Source of the DNA: Mustelus asterias
Taxonomy: Eukaryota
Assembly (NCBI RefSeq): GCF_964213995.1
Contig: NC_135830.1
Span: 10,106,001-10,170,000 of the forward strand
Direction: 5' to 3'
Length of the DNA stretch: 64,000 nt
The notes under the pieces were generated by a model. That model saw only the letters and a list, made by a program, of their open reading frames with translations. It had not been told where the DNA came from and did not search any database. Below, in pieces: positions 23,562-35,414 of the stretch (within the stretch, counting starts at the first letter, position 1; each line of letters begins with the position of its first letter). Made by a program: the position numbers and the translations under genes.

Positions 23562-23843
23562 CTTTTGCTACCAAATAAACCTGTTGGACTTTAACCTGGT
23601 GTTGTTAAACTTCTTACTGTGTCCAACCATTTAAACAGTCTCTTCTCAATGTGAACAAGTTGATGTTCACGGAGATGCAATGACTGAGTGAATCCCTTCC
23701 CACACATGGAGCAGGTAAACAGCTTCTGCTCAGTGTTGTGCTTGTGTTGCAGCAGATCCATTGCACTTTTAAATCTCATCACAATCAGAACATCAAAACC
23801 ATTTATTTTTCGGTATGAACAAGTTGATGTGAAATAAAGCTGC

Positions 23844-25067
23844 TTAACTGATTGAATCCCTTGTCCCACACGGAGCAGGTGAACATGCTTCCTCAGTGAG
23901 AGTGCACGGGTGTTTTAGCAGGCTGGATGACAGTGAATCCCTTCCCACACTCAAATCAGAGGAATGGCCTCCCACCAGTGTGAACCCGCAGGTGTTCAGT
24001 GATTTGGGATGAAGTAGTGAATCAGTTCCCAGATGAAGAGCAGCTGAACAGCCTCTCTCAGTGTGAGTGGTTTGGTGTCTCTGCAGATTCCCTGCACTTT
24101 TAAAGCTCTTTCCACAGTCAGAGCATTTAAACGGTCTCTTATCAGTGTGAACAAGCTGATGGTTGCTGAGCTGTGATGACTGAGTGACTCTCTTCCCACA
24201 CACAGAGCAAGCAAACGGCCTCTCCCCTGTGTGAAGAGGCTGGTGTTTCATCAGTTCATTTCTGCTTTTAAACCTCTTCCCACAGTCAGAACATTTACAG
24301 GGTCTGTCATCGGAGTGAACAATTTTGTGTCTTCTGAGGTAGGATAAACATGTGAATCCCTTGCCACATAGGGAGCAGGTGAAAGGTTTCTCCCCAGTGT
24401 GAAGACTCTGGTGTTCACTGAGGTGAGATGTTGTAGTGAATCTCTTCCCACACTCAGCGCAGGTGAATGGTCTCTCTCCAGTGTGGATGCGCTGGTGTCT
24501 AAGAAGATGGGATGATTTAACAAATCCTTTCCCACAAAAGGAGCAAACAAACGGTCTCTCCCCAGTGTGAACACGCTTGTGTTCAGTGAGGGTGGAATAC
24601 TGCCTGAAATGCTTCCCACACTGAGAGCAGCTGAATGGTCTCTCCCCAGTGTGAACACGCTTGTGTTCAGTGAGGTGGGAAGCACAAGTGAATCCCTTCC
24701 CACACATGGAGCAGGTGAAGGGGTTCTCCCCAGTGTGAACACGGAGGTGTTCAGTGAGGTGAGATACTTGCCTGAAGTTCTTCCCACATTGAGAGCAATT
24801 GAATGGTCTCTCACCAGTGTGAACCCGTTGATGGTGAATTAAACCTTCAGAACTCTTAAAACTGTTCCCACAGTCAGAGCATTTAAACGGTCTGTCCTCA
24901 GTGTGAACTCGCTGGTGTGACACCAGGCTAAATGACTGAGCGAATCCTTTACCACACATACAGCAGATGAATGGTCTCTCCCCAGTGTGACTGCGTCGAT
25001 GAATTTCCAGCTGAGATGGGGTTGTACATACTTTTCCACAGTCTTCACATTTCCACTGTTTCTCCAT
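23844..25067 (-). CDS. C2H2 zinc-finger protein (12 intact fingers; frameshift ~24058 into a decayed 3' array)
   Basis: ACCATGG start at 25067 ([12 protein letters not shown]); acceptor TTTTGCAG at 25427; degenerate fingers continue to ~23630 and again at ~22260-22380. Confidence 0.85.
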   Translation of the reverse strand: MEKQWKCEDCGKVCTTPSQLEIHRRSHTGERPFICCMCGKGFAQSFSLVSHQRVHTEDRPFKCSDCGNSFKSSEGLIHHQRVHTGERPFNCSQCGKNFRQVSHLTEHLRVHTGENPFTCSMCGKGFTCASHLTEHKRVHTGERPFSCSQCGKHFRQYSTLTEHKRVHTGERPFVCSFCGKGFVKSSHLLRHQRIHTGERPFTCAECGKRFTTTSHLSEHQSLHTGEKPFTCSLCGKGFTCLSYLRRHKIVHSDDRPCKCSDCGKRFKSRNELMKHQPLHTGERPFACSVCGKRVTQSSQLSNHQLVHTDKRPFKCSDCGKSFKSAGNLQRHQTTHTERGCSAALHLGTDSLLHPKSLNTCGFTLVGGHSSDLSVGRDSLSSSLLKHPCTLTEEACSPAPCGTRDSIS

Positions 25068-25661
25068 GGTGCTGGTGTCTTTGTGTCTCTCCAGGTTGGA
25101 TGATCTGTTAAATCCTTGTCCACACAGAACACGTGTACGGTTTCACCTGACAGTGAATGGTGTGATGTTTTTCAGGCTGCGTAACTGGGTAAAGCTCTTT
25201 CCACAGTCAGTTCACTGGAACACTCTCACTCCAGTGTGTGCATGTGTCTCGATGCTTCTCCAGTCACACTGATGTTTGAAATATTTTCCCACAGGCAGAA
25301 CAAACATTTTTCCTTCCACATTCAAAGGCTAATTGAGTTTAGGTGCTGATAAATCGAATGATTGTAAAATATTCGTATGAAATTTGATTTGAGTTTCCAG
25401 TCTGTAAATCTTCCCCTTCAAATATCCTGCAAAAGAAGATAACAAAACTACTGTCAGTCCAGGATAGAAATTCTGAACAGCCAATTCTAGTTTCTCTGGA
25501 ACATTTTTTCCGCTTGTTCCCCCAAACCTGTAAATCCCCGTTCCACACACACTCCCTCCTCCCTGGGCTGAAATCCAAACCCATCTCATCATCTCCAACA
25601 TTCTTTTCCTCCATTCCCAGTTTTCTCCCTCCCTCCCTCTCCTCTGTCTGGATTCAGTTCT

Positions 25662-26545
25662 GATCAATGACATGTCATTGATGAAGACGAACATCTCGTC
25701 AAGACCATCCCCACACCCCCACTTCTTGCCTTCAAACAACCGCACAACCTCAAACAGACCATTGTCCGCAGCAAACTAACCAGCCTTCAGGAGAACAGTG
25801 ACCACGACACCACACAACCCTGCCACAGCAACCTCTGCAAGACGTGCCGGATCATCGACACGGATGCCATCGTCTCACGTGAGAACACCATCTACCTGAT
25901 ACACGGTACCTACTCTTGCAACTCGGCCAACATTGTCTACCTGATACGCTGCAGGAAAGGATGCCCCGAGGCATAGTACATTGGGAAAACCATGCAGACG
26001 CTACGACAACGGCTGAATGAACACCGCTCGACAATCACCAGGCAAGACCATTCATTTCCTGTTGGGGAACACTTCAGCGGTCATGGGCATTCAGCCTCTG
26101 ATCTTCGGGTAAGCATTCTCCAAGGCAGCCTTCACGACACACGACAGCGCAGAGTCGCTGAGCAGAACTGAGAGCCAAGTTCCGCACACATGAGGGCGGC
26201 CTAAACCAGGATCTTGGGTTCATGTCACACTATCGGTAACCCCCACAGCTTGCCTCCTGGACTTGCAGAATCTCACTGGCTGTCCTGTCTGGAGACAATA
26301 CTCATTTCATTAACCTGTGCCTAATGCTCCCTCCACTCACACTGTCTGTATCTTTAAGACCTGATTAGCTGTAAAGATTCGCATTCTAATCAGTATTCTG
26401 TAACTTGATTTTCTGTCTCTGTATGCCCTGTTTGAGAGCAGATATCCACTCAATCGGACAAAGGAGCAGTGCTCCGAAAGCTCATGGCATTTGCTGCCAA
26501 ATAAACCTGTTGGACTTTAACCTGGTGTTGTTAAAACTCTTACTG
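25662..26545 (+). mobile_element. Penelope-like element, 5'-truncated (linker, CCHH-type region, GIY-YIG, 3' repeat), in ZNF intron
   Basis: PLLAFKQPHNLKQTIVRSKL..PCHSNLCKTC..SCNSANIVYLIRCRKGCPEA*YIG; TSD TGGATTCAGTTCT at 25649-25661 and 26546-26558; hammerhead core degraded (CGGACAA ~26455). Confidence 0.85.
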
Positions 26546-26769
26546 TGGATTCAGTTCTCCAGCTGCTGTCTGCAGACTGACAATAAAACCAATGAATCTT
26601 ATTGGGGGTGTTGGAGCCTCCAGCGGGTGTTTGTGAATCCTCCCCGCCCACCTTCCAGGGTTTCCTTCCTTCCCAGAGATCAGAGTCCTCATTGATTTGA
26701 GGCCAAAGTGTAACCTCTTATTTATTGTCCCCCTCCCCCATCCTCTGATGTGAACCATCCTCCAGTGGC

Positions 26770-27510
26770 TGAGCCAGGATGGGGCCGTTAACCTGGGCCT
26801 GTTCCCGGGAGGGAGGGAGGGAGAAGCCCCGCAGCTGCAAACCAGGGAGCTGACAATGATTCTGAAGGGTTTGCGGATCCACAAAGTGTTTCCAAATCCT
26901 CCCAGCCACCGCCTAACGCTGACTCCGCTTCTCCGGGACAAACAAGCGCCAAGGCCAGCAATGACACTGCGCATGCTCCACATCACAATGCCCAGGGGAC
27001 TGATTGACGGCAGCTCCGGACCAATCGGAAGAGGGGGCGGGACTGGAGGACCGAGCGGGAGCGGCTGGTCCTCCAACCAATCGGAGTGAATGAGGGGCGG
27101 GACCTGAAACATGCGCAGTTCCGGACCAATCGGAAGAGTTCCCTGTTCCACGCATGGGAGAGGTGCGCATGCGCAGTAAGCAAAGGCGTTTGCAGCACGC
27201 GCAGTGTGGGTGACAGCGACTGGAGAGAAGTTCCTCTGTCTCATCAGCAGCCGGTAAGGATGCAGAAACATAGAGGGAGCAATCGAACCGGCGGATGGAC
27301 GTAGACAGTTTTTAAATACCTGTTAAAGGCCTCAAACATCGAATATGAGCCCGTAAGTCCCGTGTTTGCAGTTTCGGGTCTTTTTCCCGAGACGATGCTC
27401 AGGTTAACTGCCGCCATCTTGATTGAGCAGGGAGCAGAGCGCATGCGCTGGTGTCTTGGTGACGCAACCGTGAGGGGGCGGGTCTTTGTGTTTCTGCTCC
27501 CACCGGGTCC
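26770..27510. promoter_or_regulatory. Bidirectional CpG promoter: two inverted cassette copies around a CCAAT/GC-box core
   Basis: CCAAT at ~27021, 27077 and 27126; GGGGCGGG x2; TGCGCATGCGCA ~27165; YY1 GCCGCCATCTTG ~27410; lies between divergent ZNF genes. Confidence 0.75.
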
Positions 27511-27719
27511 TAGTGCTCGGAAACATGACTAAATATGAGCATCAGATTTTCAAACAGCTTCACCCACTCCCAGGCTGCACCTCACGTTTGCAGCCAAGAG
27601 AAGTTAATGGGTCATGTACATATTCAGTATGAGAGGTTGCATCCCGGAATACTTACCTGAAGCGGTTACACGGCTTTTGTACTTGTTGGAGTCTAGAAGG
27701 TTGAGGAGGAATTTATTGA

Positions 27720-30580
27720 AACTTACAGGGTACAGCGTGGCCTGGACAGAGTGGACGTGGAGAGGATGTTTCCACGAGTAGATAAAACTAGAACCAGAGG
27801 GCACAACCTCAGACTAAAGGGATGTTCCTTTCAAACAGAGATGAGGAAGAATTTCTTCAGCCAGAGTCATCGAGGTTTACAGCATGGAAACAGGCCCTTC
27901 GGCCCAACTTGTCCATGCTGCCCTTTTTTTTTAAAACCCCTGAAGCTAATCCCAATTGCCTGCATTTGGCCCACATCCCTCTATTCCCATCGCACCCATG
28001 TAACTATCTAAATGCTTTTTAAAAGATACAATTGTACCCACAGCTTGTTCCAGACACTCACCACCCTCTGTGTGAACAAATTGCCCCTCTGGACACTTTT
28101 GTATCTCTCCCCTCTCACCTTAAACCTATGCCCTCTAGTTTTAGACTCCCCTACCTTTGGGAAAAGATATTGACTATCTACCTTGTCTATGCCCCTCATT
28201 ATTTTATAGACTTCTATAAGATCACCCCTCAGCCTCCTACGCTCCAGAGAAAAAAGTTCCAGTCCATTCAGCCTCTCCTTATACTCAATCCATCAAGTCC
28301 CGGTAGCATCCTACTAAATCTTTTCTGCACTCTTTCTAGTTTAATAATATCCTTTCTATAATAGGGTGACCAGAATTGCACACAGTATTCCAAGTGTGGC
28401 CTTACCAATGTCTTGTACAACTTCAACAAGACATTCCAACTCCTGTATTCAATGTTCTGACCGATGAAACCAAGCATGCCGAATGCCTTCTTCACCACTC
28501 TGTCCACCTGTGACTCCACTTTCAAGGAGCTATGAACATGTACCCCTAGATCTCTTCGTTCTGTAACTCTCCCCAATGCCCTACCATTAACTGAGTAAGT
28601 CCTGTCCTGGTTCAATCTACCAAAATGCATCACTTCGCATTTGTCGAAATTAAATTCCATCTGCCATTCGTCAGCCCACTGGCCCACCAGAGAGTGGTGA
28701 ATCTGTGGAACTCTTTGCCACAGAAGGCTGTGGAGGCCAGGTCATTGAGTGTCTTTAAGACAGAGATAGATAGGTTCTTGATTAATAAGTGGATCAGGGG
28801 TTATGGTGAAAAGGTAGGAGAATGGGGATGAGAAAAATATCAGCCCATGACTGAATGGTGAAGCAGCCTCGATGGGCCGAGTCGCCTAATTCTGCTCCTA
28901 TGTCGTATGGCCTTTTGGTTACACTTCAGCCCCAAGCTCCTCATGTTTACATAGAAACATGCATAGAAAATAGAAGCGGAAATAGACCATTCAGCCCTTT
29001 GAACGTTCCCTGCCATTCATTATGGTCATGGCTGATCCTCAAATTCAATACCCTTGTCCCACCCATCCCCCCATAATATCCCTTTTGCCCCAAGAGATAT
29101 ATATCTACTTTTGAGGAATGGAGATCCAAAGATTCACGACCCACTGTGTGAAAAATATCTAATCTCTGTCTCTATGCGCAACACTTGTTTAAACAGTGAC
29201 CCCGAGATTCTCCCATAAGAGTAAACAACACTTCCAACAAGTTGTTGGAAGGTATTTTGAGAGACAGGATCTACAGGCATGCAGAGAAGCAAGGACTGAT
29301 TAGAAACAGTCAGCATGGCTTTGGAGTGGAAAATCATGTCTCACAAATTTGATTGAGTTTTTTGAATGGGTAACCAAGAAGTTAGATGAGGGCAGTGCAG
29401 TTGATGTTCTTTACATGGACTTTAGCAAGGCCTTTGACAAGGTATCAAATGGTAAGTTGTTGCATAAGGTTAAATCTCTCGGGATCCAGGGTGAGGTAGC
29501 CAAATAGGTACAAAACTGGCTTGATGACAGAAGACAGAGGGTGGTTGTAGATGGTTGTTTTTCAAACTGGAGGCCTGTGACCAGCCGTGTGCCTCAGGGA
29601 TCGGTGTTGGGTCCACAGTTATTTGTCATTTATATTCATGATGTGGATGAGAATTTAGTAGGCATGGTTAGTAAGTTTGCAGTATGGTTCGTAAGTTTGC
29701 AGATGACACCAGGATTGGTGGCATAGTGGACAGTGAAGAAGGTTACCTCGGATTGCATCGGGATCTTGATCAATTGGGCCAGTGGGCTGGTGAATGGCAG
29801 ATGGAGTTTAATTTTGATAAATGCGAGGTGATGCATTTTGGTAGATTGAACCAGGACAGGACTTACTCAGTTAATGGTAGGGCATTGGGGAGAGTTACAG
29901 AACAAAGAGATCTAGGGGTACAGGTTCATAGGTAGAGTGGTGAAGAAGGCATTCGGCATGCTTGGTTTCATTGGTCAGAACATTAAATACAGGAGTTGGG
30001 ACGTCTTGTTGAAGTTGTACAAGACATTGGTAAGGCCACACTTGGAATACTGTGTGCAGTTCTGGTCACCCTATTATAGAAAGGTTGTTATTAAACGAGA
30101 AAGAGTGCAGAAAAGATTTACGAGGATGCTACTGGGATTTGATGGTTATAAGGAGAGACTGGATAGACTGGGAATTTTTTTTCTGGAGCGCAGGAGGCAT
30201 AGGGGTGATCTTATAGCGGTCTATAAAATAATGAGGGCCATAGATCAGCTAGACAGTCAATATCTTTTTGCAAAGGTAGGGGAGTCTAAAACTAGAGGGC
30301 ATAGATTTCAGGTAAGAAGGGAGAGATACAAAGGGTCCAGAGGGGCAATATTTTCATACAGAGGGTGGAGAGTGTCTTGAGCAAACTGCCAGAGGTAGTA
30401 GTAGAGGCGGGTACAATTTTGTCTTTTGAAAAGCATTTAGACAGTTACATGGGTACGATGGGTACAGAGGGATATGGGCCAAATGCGGGCAATTGGGACT
30501 AGTTTCGGGGTTAAAAAAAGGGGCAGCATGGACAAGTTGGGCTGAAGGGCCTGTTTCCATGCTATAAACCTCTATGACTC
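27720..30580. mobile_element. Cluster of CR1 LINE fragments (27720-27865 +, 27870-28686 -, 28686-28910 +, 29240-30580 + RT/C-terminus)
   Basis: VPQGSVLGPQLFVIYI, KFADDTRIGG, WQMEFNFDKCEVMHFG, LVRPHLEYCVQFWSP. Confidence 0.9.
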
Positions 30581-31524
30581 CTCTCCACATCCAAGACCTT
30601 TCAGGATCTGAAAGGTTTAAATTAAGTTGCCTCTTACTCTTTTAAACTCGAGCAGAGACTGTCTCACTGCTCCTCATCAGACTATCCACCTATTCCAGGT
30701 GTTCGTCGACTAAACCTTCTATGAACTTCTAATGCATTTATATTTTTCCTAAAATAAGGAAATCGAAATGTAGACATTGCTCCAGATACAGACTCACCGT
30801 GTGCAACTGAAACATAACTTCCTTGCTTTTACTCCATTCCCCTCATAACAAACAATAGCTTTCTGAATTACTTGTACCTGGATTTTCTATCGTGATGGAT
30901 TTTGGATATTTTTTGTTACAGGCGGTTAGAAAGGGAGGATTTACACACAACAAGCTCAAACCAAGAGAAAATCTTGTCTCTTCTGATACGGGCTTTCTGA
31001 ATGGGACAAGTAGGGAGATGTGAATGGAATGTTTCCACTTGTTGGTTTTTCCATTACTGGGAACCATGAACAGACAACAAATAAATCAAACAGGAAAATA
31101 GGAGATGTTTCTTTCTTCAGACAGTTGTTAGAATTTGGAACTCACTGCGACTGGAAGTGGTTGACACAAATACTTTAGATGCTTTCAAAAGGAAAATATA
31201 TGAGCCTATGAGAGAAAAGGGATTGGAAAAATCAAGTGAAAAGCTGAGATGTGGTGATCAGAATGAGAGGAGACTCATGTGGAGGATAAACTCCAGGACA
31301 GACTCGATAAACCGAATGGCCTGTTTGTGTATTGTCACAGACAGAACAAACAATTCTCCTTCCCTGTTCAAAGACAATAACAATCAGCTCCTAATGATCC
31401 GAGTGACTGTCAGATCTCAACGTGATGTTTGGTTTGTGTTTTCTTGCTGTAAATCCTCCTTTCCAATATCCTGTCAAGGGAGTTTACAAAAGTCATCACT
31501 GTCAGTCCAGGACAGATATATTCA

Positions 31525-31945
31525 TAGAATTCCACAGCTCGGAAGGAGGCTATTTGGCCCATCAAGTCAACTCTCTGACAGAGCATCCCACCAAGGCCCC
31601 AGCAACATAACCCAACTTATTTACCCCACTAATCTCCCTAACCTACACATCCTGGGGGAAAATGGATAATTTAGCATGAAATCCACCTAACCTGAATATC
31701 TTTGGACTGTTGGAGAAAACTGGAGCACCCGGAGGAAACCCACGCAGACAAGTAGAGAATGTGCAAACTCCACACAGCAGCGCTCCGAAAGCTAGTGGCT
31801 TTTGCTACCAAATAAACCTGTTGGACTTTAACCTGGTGTTGTTAGACTCCTTACTGTGTAAACTCCACACAGACAGGTAACCAAGGCCGGAATCGAACCC
31901 AGCTCCCTGGCGCTGTGAGGCAGGAGTACTAACCACCGTGCCAGC
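31525..31945 (-). mobile_element. HE1 V-SINE containing a short Penelope 3' fragment (~31778-31858)
   Basis: Insert GCAGCGCTCCGAAAGCTAGTGG...CTTACTGTG flanked by duplicated AAACTCCACACAG. Confidence 0.75.
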
Positions 31946-32158
31946 GACGTAATTCTTTGTAAACTTATTTTACAGGAAATAGAAGAGGAGGATTTGCAGT
32001 CTGGACAATCAAATCTCACGTCAGACAGAGTCAATCAATTCATTGGGATTTGAAGATTTGTGCATCTGAAGGGATTTAATTGACCATCTCAGTTGGAAAC
32101 TGGTGAGAATCCGTTTCCTTGCTCCTCCTGTGGGAAGGGATTGATACAGCTGGAAAAC

Positions 32159-33364
32159 ATGCTGACACGACAGCGAACTCGCAATAGTGAGAGTTCATTC
32201 ACCTGCTCCGTGTGTGGGAAGAAATTCATGTGTTCGTCCAACCTGCTGGCTCACCAACTCGATCACATTATTCAGAAGCCTCTTCAAAGCTCTGACTCTG
32301 GGGAAAGCATTGAAACCTCTGAGGAACAGGCCCAACACCAGCTCCTTCACACACATGAGAGACCGTTCAGCTGCTCTCACTGCGGGAAGAGGTTCAGCCA
32401 GTCCTCCCGCCTTGCAGAGCACCAGCTCTTTCACACACACGAGAGACCGTTCAGCTGCTCTCACTGTGGAGAGTCGTTCAGCGACTCAGTGCATCTCACT
32501 GAGCACCAACAAGTTCACACCAAGGACAGGCCATTCAGCTGCTCCCAGTGTGGGAAGAGATTCACTCAGTCCTCCCACTGCACCGTTCACCAACAGATTC
32601 ATTTTCAGAAGAGACATTTTAAATGCTTTAAATGTGAGAAGACCTTCAAAAGAAGGATTAGTCTGCTGAGACACCAGGGCACTCACACTGGGGAGAGGCC
32701 ATACGTTTGCCCTGTGTGTGGGAAAACATTTACTTGTTTGCAGCATCTGCTGAGTCACCGGCCTATTCACACCGGGGAGAAGGCATTCATCTGCTCCGTG
32801 TGTGGGAAGGCTTTCACGGAGTCATCCAGCCTCCGGAGACACCGGCGCATTCACACAGGGGAGAGGCCGTTCTCCTGCTCCATTTGCGGCAAAGGATTTG
32901 CTCAGTTTTCCTCCTGCAATCAACACCAACACATTCACTCTGATAAGAGACCTTTTCAATGCTCAGAATGCAATAAGACCTTTAAAAGAAGTGATGATCT
33001 GCTGAAACACAAACGCATTCACATCGGGGAGAGGCCGTTCCTGTGCTCTGTGTGTGGAAAGGGATTCGCTCAGTCGTCTGGCCTGCTGAGACACCAACGC
33101 ATTCACACCGGGGAGAAGCCGTTCACCTGCTCTGTGTGTGGGAAGGGATTCACTGATTCATCCTATATGCTGAAACACCAGCGAGCTCACACTGCGACAG
33201 AACCGTTCACCTGCTCCCTGTGTGGGAAGGGATTCACTGATCCATCCCACCTGCAGAGACACCAGCGAGTTCACACTGGGACAAAACCTTTCAACTGCTC
33301 CATGTGTGGGAAGGGATTTAATCAGTATTACAGCCTGCTGAAACATAGACGACGTCATGTGTGA
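32159..33364 (+). CDS. C2H2 zinc-finger protein (13 canonical fingers plus degenerate N-terminal fingers)
   Basis: Uninterrupted ORF; acceptor TTTTACAG at 31975; in-frame TGA at ~32081 precedes the first ATG (32159). Confidence 0.9.
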   Translation: MLTRQRTRNSESSFTCSVCGKKFMCSSNLLAHQLDHIIQKPLQSSDSGESIETSEEQAQHQLLHTHERPFSCSHCGKRFSQSSRLAEHQLFHTHERPFSCSHCGESFSDSVHLTEHQQVHTKDRPFSCSQCGKRFTQSSHCTVHQQIHFQKRHFKCFKCEKTFKRRISLLRHQGTHTGERPYVCPVCGKTFTCLQHLLSHRPIHTGEKAFICSVCGKAFTESSSLRRHRRIHTGERPFSCSICGKGFAQFSSCNQHQHIHSDKRPFQCSECNKTFKRSDDLLKHKRIHIGERPFLCSVCGKGFAQSSGLLRHQRIHTGEKPFTCSVCGKGFTDSSYMLKHQRAHTATEPFTCSLCGKGFTDPSHLQRHQRVHTGTKPFNCSMCGKGFNQYYSLLKHRRRHV

Positions 33365-33427
33365 CCGGCACAGTTGGATTCTGTTGTTTCTGCGCCCTGA
33401 GATAAACAATAACAATTGGATGAATAG

Positions 33428-33780
33428 GGGAGGCAGCGGCACAGTGGAATTATCACTGGACTCAGGGTAAGGCTCTGGGGACCCAGGTTCGAATCCCACC
33501 ACAGGCAATGGTGAAATTTGTATTCAATTAAAATCTTGGATTAAAAGTCTAATGACAAACCTTAACCATGAATCAATTGTCGTAAAAACCCATTTGGTTC
33601 AGTAACGTCCTTTAGAAAAGGAAACCTGCCGTCCTTACTTGGCCAGGCCTACATGTGACTCCAGCCCAGCAATGTGGTTGACTCAAATGCCCTCTGAAAT
33701 GGAGGGCAGTTAGGGATGGGAAAGAAATGCTGGCCCAGCAAGTGACGTCTACATCCCGTAAAAATGAATTTAAAAAAGTT
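33428..33780 (+). mobile_element. tRNA-derived SINE (non-HE1) with tail of the CR1-group LINE at 39950
   Basis: Head GGCACAGTGG...GGTTCGAATCCCACCA; tail GATGGG.AA.AAATGCTGGCC.AGC.AGTGACG.C.ACATCCC matches the reverse of 39955-40005; another copy ~52230-52550 (-). Confidence 0.65.
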
Positions 33781-35414
33781 CCTCAGTATCTCAGTAACCT
33801 CCTCCAGCCCCACAACACCCTGTGTAAATACAAGTTGTTGATGATTATGCCCTGAGATAGATAACGTGAACCCGATTCCCCTCGTCCACCAACACAGCAA
33901 CTTCTTCACAAAAAGTAAAGCACATGGGATTGGGGCTGTTGTACTGAGATGGGTAGAAAACTGACTGGCAGACAGGAGACAAAGAATAGGATTAAAACGG
34001 GTCTTTTTCCAACTGGCAGGCAGTGACTATTTGGGTAACGCAGGATCAGTGCTGGGGCCTCGGTTACTCACCTGCCATGGGTCTTGTTTTTTTCCCCGTT
34101 TATTATGCATAATTTTTAAATTGTTGCTTCCTAATAATCTAATTTAAAACCATGGATAAACTCAAACCACTTTTGGAAAATCTGTGACTCTCTGATCAAG
34201 AATCTTACTGACCACTGCATACCATTCTGGTCACCGTATTATTAAAAAAAATATCCAGGCACTGGAAAGGGTGCAGAGAGGATTTATATGATGAGATTTT
34301 AATGTAGAAGGCAGCTCACCACCACCTTCTCGGGGGCAATCAGGGATTAGCCATAAATGCTGGCCAAGCCAGCAATGCCCACATCCCATAAATGATTTTC
34401 AAAACGTGTGTGGTTTTTTTATCAGGAAAGGATTGACAGGCTAGTTCTTCTTTCTTGAGAAATGAAGGCTGAGGGGTAACCTGAGCAGAGGTCCTCAAAA
34501 TTATAAAATGCTTCGATACAGAAATAGTGTTTCCTCTTGTGGGGAAGAGCAAAAAGTAAAGTTTATTTATTAGTCACAAGTAGGCTTAGATTAACACTGC
34601 AGTGAAGTTACTGGGAAACTGGAGACAATCAATATAAAACAGTCACTGAGAAATCCAATCGGAAATCCAGGATAAATTTCTCTGCACAAAGAGTGGCGAG
34701 AATATGGAAATCACAACTACAGGGAGTGAAATGAACAGTATCGATGTCTTTCAGGGGAATCTCAACAAGTACTTATGAATGATTTTATAGTTCATTCAGG
34801 ATTTATTTCAAAAAGACTAAAAACAATAAAGTGACAGGAGATAATTTGCAGGGTGTGAGACTCTGTGTGTGAGGGTGTCTGTGAGTGTGTGTGTTGCTTT
34901 TCATTGGCGTCACAGAAACCTTCCTCTTTCTGAGCAGACAATCTGCCCCCTGAATGATGTGAATTGTAGAACTCAGAGATTCTCCATTCAGAATGACCAT
35001 GTGCTGTGTAAAACCTGACATCTCCACAACCAGACGCCACTTCTCCTGGAACAACGTGAAGTGACTACAATTTTTGAGATTGATTTCTTTGCTCTCACAT
35101 ATTTTCTCAGTTCATAAATTCCATCACGACCTTTAAACACACTGATGGTCTCCACTTTAAATACTTCCCTCAGTCTTACCAACATATAGCAATTGGATTG
35201 CTGCTATTACAGGAATCCATTCTGAAATTCTGTAAATCTGATTCCCACCAAACACCAACCCATATCCCCATCTGAGTTCCAGATTTTAATGAGATTTCTT
35301 AAAACACAGGCAGCCTGGCAGCACAGTGGTCAGCATTGCTGCCTCACAGCGCCAGGAACCCGGGTTCAATTCGTGCCTCAGCTGACTGTGTGGAGTCTGC
35401 ACATTTTCCCTGTG

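Larger units (their letters stand above)
22750..23620. mobile_element. Penelope-like insertion with inverted 3' repeats (arms 22785-23141 / 23264-23620) and 13-bp TSD
   Basis: Arms encode an identical peptide on opposite strands in the ORF track; spacer encodes QRRVAEQKLIARFRTHKDGLNRDIGFMSHY (minus); TSD GTCCAACCATTTA at 22737-22749 and 23621-23633. Confidence 0.9.

Noticed and set aside
22785-23620. MITE/DNA transposon with long TIRs
   Set aside because: Arms are Penelope 3' repeat sequence and the spacer encodes the GIY-YIG C-terminus
26445-26490. Functional hammerhead in the 25662-26545 Penelope copy
   Set aside because: Core reads CGGACAA and stem I is disrupted; likely inactive
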